Positions 40,591 to 47,974 of a stretch of DNA of 64,000 nucleotides are shown piece by piece (position 1 is the first letter of the stretch; every line of letters begins with the position of its first letter). The DNA comes from Thermodesulfobacteriota bacterium. GTDB lineage: Bacteria > Desulfobacterota > Desulfobacteria > Desulfobacterales > SURF-7. The stretch is from NCBI GenBank assembly GCA_049320885.1, contig JBMORA010000013.1, positions 1 through 64,000 on the forward strand, given 5' to 3'. Under the pieces are notes generated by a model. The model saw nothing but the letters and a program-made list of their open reading frames with translations. It had not been told where the DNA came from and made no database searches. The position numbers were made by a program, and so were the translations under genes.

Positions 40591-42348
40591 TCACCCGCCG
40601 GCTTCGTCCAGCCGCCGCAACCGGCGGGACAGGTTTTCCACCAGTCGCTGCATGCCCAGCTTGTTTTTATTGGCCGTGCCCGAAACCAGCACCCGGGTGT
40701 TTTTCCCGGCTGGGGTCAGTTCGATGCACACCCGTTGGTGGGAGGTGAAAAACGTCACATAGGAGCCCAGGATCATGAAGATAAAACCCAGGTACACCAT
40801 CGCGACCCCCGGGTCCTTGGTCACCTGAAGGCCGGTATAATATGTTTCCGAATAGGCCGTAACCGACAGGACCATGTTGGTCTCGGCCGAAGTCTCTTGA
40901 GGCTCGACAATGGATATCACCATGTCCCCTTTGCGCATTTTATCGAAATTCGGGAAGCGCACCGGCAGAACCACGGTTTCCGGTTCCCGGGAGTCCCGCT
41001 CAATCCTGCCCAGGACGGCCTGACCGATGGGATTGCCCATGAACGCATAAGACTCTTCAATCCCGGTAATGACAAAGGTTCCCTGTCCTTCGGGAATTTC
41101 CACCCGTTCCCCCGGCGAAACGGAACGGGAATAGGTCATGCCGCTGGACCTGCTGGCGAACTCCAGTCCGATTTTCCGCTGCGGGTCATCCGGGGCCGAT
41201 ATCCCCGCGGATCTCCGGCCGGATGCCTGGAAAGCGCTCATGCGGCGAAGTTCTTCCGGATCGTGGATATCGTATTCCGGAAACGGATACGGCATGATCA
41301 CCTCCACCGGCTCACCCGAGGGGGGAGTCCAAACCCCGATGAACGTTTCGCCCAACCGGTGGCCCTTATACATGTAGGCGCTTTTAAACTCCTGGATGAC
41401 GAGGGCGCCTTGCTGATTTGGGAGCTGAATCGGTTCCCCCATCCTGGCCGCCACTTCCGTTTCCTCCCCGCTTGAAACGGAGGTGAGCCGGACCGTCATC
41501 TCCTTGGGCGGAACCTTGCCATAGCTGGATTGAAAGATATTGATGCCCTTGTAGCGCAAGGGGTCATTGACAATAATGTCCTTTTGCAGCACCGTCTGAT
41601 TGTTTTCGATGATGGACAGCCGCGAGCGATATTCCTTGGGGACGCCGTTTTCATAGAAGCTGACATCGAAATCCTCGCAACGCACGGAAAATTCCAGGGG
41701 CTGCACCTTGTTGCCGCTGGTAAGCCTGACGGCGTTTACCGTTTCCCCCTCCGGGATATTGACTGTCCCGTCAAAGCCGCCCACAAGGCCGATCAGTGCG
41801 CCGATGAGCATCAGCACCACGCTGAGATGAACGCCGTACACACCAAAACGGGTCCAGCGGCCTCTTTCGGCCAGGATGCAAACGGCCTTTTCCATTGTTT
41901 CAACACGGTGGTACCGAAACCGCCGGCCGATATACCTCTCATAGCGCTCCTGTAAAATCTCCAGCGACGCCGATACGTTGTAGGTCTGCGCCTCTTTTTG
42001 TCTTCGAAACTGTTCGATATTGAATTTCGGGGATTCCACAAACACGATTTTCCAGACACTGGAAAACCGATCGATGGAGCAGACAATGATGTTGACCACC
42101 AGCAGGACGATCAGGGCCTGATACCACCAGGCATGATACATGTCAAAAAGCTGCAACCTGGAAAACAGACGGAAGAATGTTTCACCGTATTGATGAAAAT
42201 ACCAATCCGCCTCGGCGTTCTGGGGAATCAGGGTGCCGATGACGGAAGTGGCGGCGAGGGACAGCAACACCGTAACGGTGAGCCGCACGGAAGCCAGAAA
42301 ATTCCATATGGTTTGGTGAAAGGCGACCCTTTCCGCAGCTTGCTTCAT
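40591..42348 (-). CDS. resB: Cytochrome c biogenesis protein ResB/Ccs1 with a duplicated periplasmic subdomain
   Basis: SVIGTLIPQ, MYHAWWY, GVYGVHLS, IVNDPLRY, YTGLQVTKDPG; ATG at 42348 with GGAGG. Confidence 0.92.
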   Translation of the reverse strand: MKQAAERVAFHQTIWNFLASVRLTVTVLLSLAATSVIGTLIPQNAEADWYFHQYGETFFRLFSRLQLFDMYHAWWYQALIVLLVVNIIVCSIDRFSSVWKIVFVESPKFNIEQFRRQKEAQTYNVSASLEILQERYERYIGRRFRYHRVETMEKAVCILAERGRWTRFGVYGVHLSVVLMLIGALIGLVGGFDGTVNIPEGETVNAVRLTSGNKVQPLEFSVRCEDFDVSFYENGVPKEYRSRLSIIENNQTVLQKDIIVNDPLRYKGINIFQSSYGKVPPKEMTVRLTSVSSGEETEVAARMGEPIQLPNQQGALVIQEFKSAYMYKGHRLGETFIGVWTPPSGEPVEVIMPYPFPEYDIHDPEELRRMSAFQASGRRSAGISAPDDPQRKIGLEFASRSSGMTYSRSVSPGERVEIPEGQGTFVITGIEESYAFMGNPIGQAVLGRIERDSREPETVVLPVRFPNFDKMRKGDMVISIVEPQETSAETNMVLSVTAYSETYYTGLQVTKDPGVAMVYLGFIFMILGSYVTFFTSHQRVCIELTPAGKNTRVLVSGTANKNKLGMQRLVENLSRRLRRLDEAGG

Positions 42349-42587
42349 TTCATCCCCTCCCAAAAAGAATCCGCCCTTTTTACCAGAAATACCGGTGCAA
42401 CGCAATATATTCCGGCGCGATCATTTTTCAAGGGATGGGATGTGAATCCGGCGGGGGTTCCGTTTAACCATTCGGAAATTTTAATGAATACGAGGCTCGA
42501 CGCATCCGGATAGCGCCCCATCAGGGGCTGTCATGCGGTTTGGAGTGTGCTGCCGGTTTTTCCCGGGCCTTGTTTCCTGGACATGTC

Positions 42588-43223
42588 TCATACCGTCGAC
42601 ATCTGACTGTGATTTGAATACGTAGGCCAGGAAGGTGTATATTCTTCTGCTTCATTTCCCCACTGGTTCCAGCCCGGCCGCTTCCCGCGAGCGAATAACT
42701 CTAGAAATGGTCCGGGGCTGCAGGCTTCGATGATGCCGTATTGTTCATCCGGCTTGCGGGAATGTTCTCTCTTCCGAGATTTGATGATATTTACCTGCCG
42801 CCTTCCCGGTGCAAGCGTTCTCAAGCTGCCGCGGATTCCAAAAAGCATGATTTCTGTTGTATTTCGGAAATAGAAACCCACACCGCGCCCGTCCGGGCCC
42901 CCATCCTTCCTGACCTTATGCCAGATGATATTTGTCTTGTAATGAAATCCCCACCCCGCCATGACTTCCAAACCCTCCTTAAGAAGCGCATTGGGAACCC
43001 ACAGATACAAATGGCTTTGCTCCGCAGCCGCTGCAGAAACCGGTATTTCTTTTATCTCCCGTAGCGTGAGGGTGGAATAGCGCGACAAGCGTTTGTGTTC
43101 CGGCGCCATCTTACCGGTGCGGTTTGCAAACTGCCACGGAGGATCTGCCAGAAATGTCCCGAAGCGGTGGTTTCGGACCTGGGCCAAAAAATCCTCGGCC
43201 GCTGTGTTGTAGTGTTTTTTCAT
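42588..43223 (-). CDS. MT-A70 family (N6-adenine) methyltransferase
   Basis: ADPPW catalytic motif, LYLWVPN, WGF.YKTNIIWHK, YFRNTTE, HSRKP, LELFAR. Confidence 0.9.
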   Translation of the reverse strand: MKKHYNTAAEDFLAQVRNHRFGTFLADPPWQFANRTGKMAPEHKRLSRYSTLTLREIKEIPVSAAAAEQSHLYLWVPNALLKEGLEVMAGWGFHYKTNIIWHKVRKDGGPDGRGVGFYFRNTTEIMLFGIRGSLRTLAPGRRQVNIIKSRKREHSRKPDEQYGIIEACSPGPFLELFARGKRPGWNQWGNEAEEYTPSWPTYSNHSQMSTV

Positions 43224-43254
43224 AAATAAGGGGACGCCCTTTATTTTTTAACTT
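43224..43254 (-). repeat. Repeat copy R1 (left end of the transposase), a self-complementary hairpin
   Basis: aaataagggg-acg-ccctttattt hairpin (one G-T pair); its reverse complement aagttaaaaaataaagggcgtcccct matches R3 at 22/26; abuts the MT-A70 ATG and overlaps the transposase stop. Confidence 0.8.
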
Positions 43255-44254
43255 AAATAAGGTCAAATCCATTCGTTATAGCGATCTCGGCGCCTCGATC
43301 GACCGACTTGCTCACTGCCACGATGGAGATATTCAATCGGCGTGCCATGGCAGCCATGCTTTCACCCAGTTCACGCACAGCCCAGAAACACAATAAGCTT
43401 CGAGCCCGCACAAGTTCCCTTGCTTTACCTTCACGCCAGATGTCCACCTCCGGAATAGCCAACAGAACCGACACTCGTTTTACAACAAAATCCAAATCAA
43501 TCCCATTGACTTCAAGGGCATACCGGCGTTCAAAGGCCTCCTTGGATCTGGACAGAATTTCAGAGACAAAATCACCATCTCCCAAGATGCGTTCATCGCT
43601 TTTCATATGCCTTTTGGATCTTCTCATCTCCTTGACCGCCGACCATCCGCCGGCACTCCGGATCAGACCTCCGCCGGTCAGATCGCACCGCCTACCTTCA
43701 TTCAGTCCTCCGGCGACAAATTCCCTGTATTTCCTCCTTGCGGAGGCGACCTGTTTTCCGAAATACATCAAAATCATTTCGCTGTTCTGCCAGGGTTGTT
43801 CGTGTCTGCCGACAATGACCCCATGGCCGGAAAAGGGATATTGATCCAGTTGATCCAAATCCGCCACCAGATTTGCCCGCAACGGATTTAAATGAATATA
43901 TCGGACCAGCTCCAAAAGATAGCTGTCTTCCTGACATAGAATCGATTTGTAACGGTTCTGGAACAGATGGCCTTGCCGCTGATGGCGGCCGTTAAACCTG
44001 ATGGCGTGGCCCGTCAGCAGTCGCCGCATCACCGTAGCAATTGGAACGGCACCGGTTCTCAATAACAGATGAAAATGATTGGGCATCAGCGACCAAGCAA
44101 AACACGCTGTTTCTGATTGTTCCAGGATCAAACCCAGGTTGTTAATAAAATTATAGCGGTCTTGATCGTCCTCGAATATGTTTCGGCGTTCAATGCCGCG
44201 AGCAATGATGTGGTGCAGCGCCCCCGTTGCGTCGATGCGTGATTTTCTGGGCAT
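43253..44254 (-). CDS. REP-associated tyrosine transposase (RAYT-like HUH/Y1) with C-terminal helix-turn-helix extension
   Basis: MPRKSRID..GALHHIIARG, LMPNHFHLL (HUH), GHLFQNRYKS, YIHLNP (catalytic Tyr); C-terminal ARSLLCFWAVRELGESMAAMARRLNIS HTH. Confidence 0.9.
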   Translation of the reverse strand: MPRKSRIDATGALHHIIARGIERRNIFEDDQDRYNFINNLGLILEQSETACFAWSLMPNHFHLLLRTGAVPIATVMRRLLTGHAIRFNGRHQRQGHLFQNRYKSILCQEDSYLLELVRYIHLNPLRANLVADLDQLDQYPFSGHGVIVGRHEQPWQNSEMILMYFGKQVASARRKYREFVAGGLNEGRRCDLTGGGLIRSAGGWSAVKEMRRSKRHMKSDERILGDGDFVSEILSRSKEAFERRYALEVNGIDLDFVVKRVSVLLAIPEVDIWREGKARELVRARSLLCFWAVRELGESMAAMARRLNISIVAVSKSVDRGAEIAITNGFDLI

Positions 44255-44318
44255 GCCAAACACCATAAATCGAGGACGCTATTATGTCAAGTTTATATAT
44301 TAAGGGCGTCCCTATTTC
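44250..44318 (+). repeat. Repeat copy R2 (transposase 5' end, containing its promoter)
   Basis: Core atgtcaagtttatatattaagggcgtccctatttc at 44284-44318; collinear similarity to R3 extends left to the transposase start codon. Confidence 0.85.
44262..44290 (-). promoter_or_regulatory. Sigma70 promoter for the transposase, embedded in R2
   Basis: TTGACA (44290-44285), 17-nt spacer, TATGGT (44267-44262); the ATG at 44254 follows after 7 nt with no Shine-Dalgarno sequence. Confidence 0.6.
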
Positions 44319-44518
44319 TGTTTTTCATTTTAATTGACACATTCCGTAAGGAAATATACATGTTAGTTTATACAATTCGCCATCTGTAAAAGCTGCTGCA
44401 TCAAACCACGAATACAATAAAAGTAAAGCTTGCGCCTCTTAATGAAACAGAGGTCACGGCGCAGGGTTAACACCCGGCATGGGATAAAAGCGATCTGGTG
44501 ATAGGGGGAAATCCGCCG

Positions 44519-45328
44519 ATGAAGCATTTCGTTGCAGTACTCATCGTTATTGCCGGGATTTGTTCCATGAATATCGCTGGATTTGGGGCTGACGATGATT
44601 GTCAAAAAATCGTGGTTTCCAGCGATGAAGCCTATCCGCCGATTTCCTGGCGTGACAAGGAACATCCGGAAAAAATTATCGGTGTGGCTATCGAATTGAT
44701 CGAAATGGCTTTTGCAGACCTGGGAATATCGGTTGAGTCTCGATACGTCGGCCCCTGGAAACGAACATTGAAAATGCTTGAATTAGGTGAAATCGATATG
44801 ATTTCCGGCTTGTATATCACCGAGGAACGTAAGGCCGCTTTTCAATTTGTTTTTCCCATGTTCATGACCGATCCCTCGGTGATCTTTGTCAAGAAAGGAG
44901 CCGCCTTTTCATTCGACAAATGGGACGATCTGAAAGGATTGACCGGAGGCAGCCGCTTCGGCGACAGCTATGGCGAGCAGTTTGATGCCTTTGCGAAAAA
45001 AAATCTAACCATTGAGCAAGTCACCACTTTCAAAATGCTTTACAAAAAAATCGAATACGGCCGGAATCGCTATATGATTTATGGACTCTATCCCGGATGG
45101 GCGCAGGCTGAGGAATTGGGCGTTCGCGACAAGATCGAATACCTGCCGAATTTTATTTCCAATGAAGGCGTTTATGTTGCGTTTTCAAAACGATCGCCCT
45201 GCGCCCGCCATGGCGAATTTCTTGGGAAAAAAATACAGGAATATATTGCAGCGCGATTGCCGGAAAAGCTTGTGGAAAAATATGTAACCATTTGGAAAGA
45301 CCAGGCCATCATCCCCTCTATGAAATAA
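44519..45328 (+). CDS. Orphan periplasmic substrate-binding protein, family 3 (amino-acid-binding type)
   Basis: Signal peptide; AYPPISW, PWKRTL..LELGEIDMI, WDDLKG, YVAFSK; no permease or ATPase genes adjacent. Confidence 0.85.
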   Translation: MKHFVAVLIVIAGICSMNIAGFGADDDCQKIVVSSDEAYPPISWRDKEHPEKIIGVAIELIEMAFADLGISVESRYVGPWKRTLKMLELGEIDMISGLYITEERKAAFQFVFPMFMTDPSVIFVKKGAAFSFDKWDDLKGLTGGSRFGDSYGEQFDAFAKKNLTIEQVTTFKMLYKKIEYGRNRYMIYGLYPGWAQAEELGVRDKIEYLPNFISNEGVYVAFSKRSPCARHGEFLGKKIQEYIAARLPEKLVEKYVTIWKDQAIIPSMK

Positions 45329-45330
45329 TT

Positions 45331-45400
45331 GGGATGCGAAAAACAATAGATATAGGGAACCATCATGTAAAGTTCATATATTAAGGGCGTCCCCTATTTC
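45331..45400 (+). repeat. Repeat copy R3, a direct repeat of R2
   Basis: Core atgtaaagttcatatattaagggcgtcccctatttc at 45365-45400 differs from R2 by 2 substitutions and 1 indel; about 23/35 identity further left; begins 2 nt after the SBP stop. Confidence 0.85.
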
Positions 45401-45570
45401 GTGGACACCGGTTGTCAAACCGCGCAGTGACGAAAACCCCATTTGCAATTCCCAGTCGCCTGTGATAATTGATCATTATTATTGAATGAATAGCTCAGGC
45501 TGTTTTTCCCGGAGACGATGAAACCGATTTTCCAGCATCATAGCCAACGATTCAGACCGAACGGATCCAG

Positions 45571-46932
45571 ATGAAGGTAAAGGTCAATATCGATCTGCTG
45601 ATTGAGATCGTCAGCCGGGGCGGCACCCTGAAGACCGGTGTGGATGTCTACAACCAGAACGGATTGCTGCTGATCGACAAGGATCTGCTGATCAACAATG
45701 TCAACACCCTGCTGAACATCAAAAAAAACGGGGTCAGCGAAGTCGCCATTGTACCGGATAACGCCGGAGGATTGTGGGATTACAACGGCAAGGAAATCGA
45801 TTTCGGGTTCCAGCCGGGGCAAACCGGCGCCGCGGTCTCCACCGTGGAGAAAAAACTGCGCCAGATCACGGCCCTGAAAAAAGAAGCCCGGATCAAGTAC
45901 GACACCGCCAAACAGAACATCAAACAGGTGATTCTGGATATCCGAAAGACCGGCGGGGAATTTGATTATGAAACCGTGGAAAAAACGGTCACCGATCTGC
46001 TCAATTTCCTGACCGTCAATGAAACCGCCTTTTCCTATCTGACCAAGGAAATTTTTTCCTACGACGACTACCTGTACAACCATTCCATCAATGTCTGCAC
46101 CATCGCTCTGGCGGTCCTGAACCGTTTCAATATGCAATTCAGCGAAACCGTGAACCGCTTCCTGAGCAATACCTATCTCCAAAGCATGAAAAACGAAAGC
46201 CGGGGAACCCCGACCTCCTATATCCTGTACCTGCCGGATGATATCCGCGACATCGCCCTGGGCTATTTTCTGCACGATGTGGGCAAGGTCCTCATCGCCG
46301 ATGAAATCCTCAACAAGCACGGTCAACTGACCCCGGAAGAATTCGAAATCGTCAAGCATCACAGTTTTGACAAGGGCCGTTCCATTCTGGAACGAAACGG
46401 ATTGGAAAAAAACCCCCTGATCAGGAGTTCTGTTCAGTTCCACCATTGCGCTCTTTTCAGCGGGGAACCACGTTGTTATCCGGATGACAAAACCCCCATT
46501 GAAGTGCCGATTTTCGTAAAAATCTGCAAACTGGCAGACATCTACGACGCCATGACCACCAAGCGGGTTTACAAGGAGGCCCTCAATCCCATCGTCGTGG
46601 TGACGGAAATTTTTCGGAAATACGCGGAAAAGGAAAGCCTGCTCCAATTCGTTCTGCATTCCTTCGTGAAAGTCGTCGGGATTTACCCGGCCGGCAGCAT
46701 CGTCTCCCTTCAGAACGGCCAGATGGCTTTTGTGGTGGACAGCAGCGGCCCGCTGGTCATCCCCTTCACCGACAACTCCGGAAAGTCTTTACAAACCAAA
46801 CAGGAAGCGGTCAACCTGGAGAATGTCACCGACCAGGGTTTGCAGATCGATCGGCGCAAACCCCTGACCTCGCCCGTCGACGCCTATGAATTGCTGCCGG
46901 ATTACCTCCGCCAGCCGGCTGATGTAAATTAG
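45571..46932 (+). CDS. HD-GYP-like metal-dependent phosphohydrolase
   Basis: YLYNHSINV, LHDVGK, ADIYDAMTTKRVYK, GIYPAGSIV; the GYP loop is variant (HHC...RCYP). Confidence 0.85.
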   Translation: MKVKVNIDLLIEIVSRGGTLKTGVDVYNQNGLLLIDKDLLINNVNTLLNIKKNGVSEVAIVPDNAGGLWDYNGKEIDFGFQPGQTGAAVSTVEKKLRQITALKKEARIKYDTAKQNIKQVILDIRKTGGEFDYETVEKTVTDLLNFLTVNETAFSYLTKEIFSYDDYLYNHSINVCTIALAVLNRFNMQFSETVNRFLSNTYLQSMKNESRGTPTSYILYLPDDIRDIALGYFLHDVGKVLIADEILNKHGQLTPEEFEIVKHHSFDKGRSILERNGLEKNPLIRSSVQFHHCALFSGEPRCYPDDKTPIEVPIFVKICKLADIYDAMTTKRVYKEALNPIVVVTEIFRKYAEKESLLQFVLHSFVKVVGIYPAGSIVSLQNGQMAFVVDSSGPLVIPFTDNSGKSLQTKQEAVNLENVTDQGLQIDRRKPLTSPVDAYELLPDYLRQPADVN

Positions 46933-46950
46933 CCGGCGATGGATCCAATA

Positions 46951-46983
46951 AAGAAAGCCGCTCTTACGAGCGGCTTTCTTTTT
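46951..46983. terminator. Bidirectional intrinsic terminator between the HD-GYP gene and acsE
   Basis: Perfect 13-bp stem aagaaagccgctc-ttac-gagcggctttctt with T-rich and A-rich flanks between convergent genes. Confidence 0.85.
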
Positions 46984-47005
46984 GGAAATATCGGAAAAAT
47001 AGCAA

Positions 47006-47896
47006 TCAGACTTCCAGCCAGGAGTCCGAATACAGGGTTTTTCCCACGATGACATCATAGGTTTTCTTGTACTCCTGCATTTCCTTGGAAAGGCTGGCCA
47101 TACTGGGCTCGTTGCCGTCCATGAGGCCGTAGATCAGGTCCACGATATCCTGGCGTTTGCCCTTGGCGATCTCCGTCAGCTTGGTGTCGAGGGGATCGGA
47201 AATGACCGAATACATGCCGCATTTTTCCAGCATGACCATATAGGTCTGGTTCAGGATCGGACGCAGATGGCTGGGGGGACCGTTGGAAATGTTGGACAGA
47301 CCGCAGGTGCTCTTGGCCCCCGGAGCGATGTCCTGGAGCATTTTCTGGAACTCCATCAGACACATGAGCTGGGGCTGTTGAATGTTGACCGGGGTGACGA
47401 TTCCGTCCACCCAGATGCGCTCGTTGGCGATCCCGGCTTCATTGGCGGCATAGAGCAGTTCCACACAGAGGGCGGCGCGTTCGTTTTCATCCCGGGGAAG
47501 TCCTTCCGGACCCCACATCAGGGCGATGAAGTCCGCATTATGCTCGGCGGCGATGGGGATCATTTTTTCATAGCGTTCCGGCCGGGCCATGATGGAGTTG
47601 ATCAGATGGGGCCGGTCCACATCCTTGAGGACTTTCAGCGCGGCGGCAATGGCGTCGATGTTGGACGTATCCAGCACCAGGGGCACATCCGGCACCACTT
47701 CCTGCACCACCTGGACCACCCAGGGCATCAATTCATGACCATCCTTTTTCGCCGGGCCCAGGTTGATATCGATATAGTCCATTCCCTTGGCTTTTTGGTC
47801 AAGGGCCTCTTCCTGGATGGGCTTGGGGTCACGCTCCTTAAAAGCTCTGCCGATCTTTTTGGAGATGACGTTCAGGCTTTCACCGATTAGAAACAT
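47006..47896 (-). CDS. acsE: Methyltetrahydrofolate:corrinoid/iron-sulfur protein methyltransferase
   Basis: Pterin-binding TIM barrel: LIGESLN, IDINLG, LDTSN, INSI, GLSNISNG; last gene of the acs cluster; AGGAGG before ATG 47896. Confidence 0.88.
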   Translation of the reverse strand: MFLIGESLNVISKKIGRAFKERDPKPIQEEALDQKAKGMDYIDINLGPAKKDGHELMPWVVQVVQEVVPDVPLVLDTSNIDAIAAALKVLKDVDRPHLINSIMARPERYEKMIPIAAEHNADFIALMWGPEGLPRDENERAALCVELLYAANEAGIANERIWVDGIVTPVNIQQPQLMCLMEFQKMLQDIAPGAKSTCGLSNISNGPPSHLRPILNQTYMVMLEKCGMYSVISDPLDTKLTEIAKGKRQDIVDLIYGLMDGNEPSMASLSKEMQEYKKTYDVIVGKTLYSDSWLEV

Positions 47897-47942
47897 ATTT
47901 CCTCCTTCGTAAAAGGGGACAGCCGCATCGGCCGTCCCCCCG

Positions 47943-47973
47943 GGTTTAAACAACTGGTTTAAACAACTGGTTT
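47943..47973. repeat. 13-bp tandem duplication GGTTTAAACAACT (2.4 copies) between acsC and acsE
   Basis: ggtttaaacaact ggtttaaacaact ggttt read directly. Confidence 0.85.
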
Positions 47974-47974
47974 G

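Larger units (their letters stand above)
43224..45400. mobile_element. RAYT-type element with inverted ends plus a repeat-bounded passenger gene
   Basis: R1 inverted relative to R2 and R3; transposase between R1 and R2; SBP gene between R2 and R3; region visibly AT-richer than its flanks. Confidence 0.65.

Noticed and set aside
43224..45400. Three ~35-bp repeats as a possible CRISPR array or integron attC sites
   Set aside because: Spacing is about 1 kb, one copy is inverted, there are no cas genes or tyrosine-recombinase integrase, and no RYYYAAC/GTTRRRY boxes were seen.
45463..45482. GATAATTGATCATTATT as a Fur box
   Set aside because: Spacing is 2 nt short of the 19-bp consensus; better explained as an extended -10 region in AT-rich promoter DNA.
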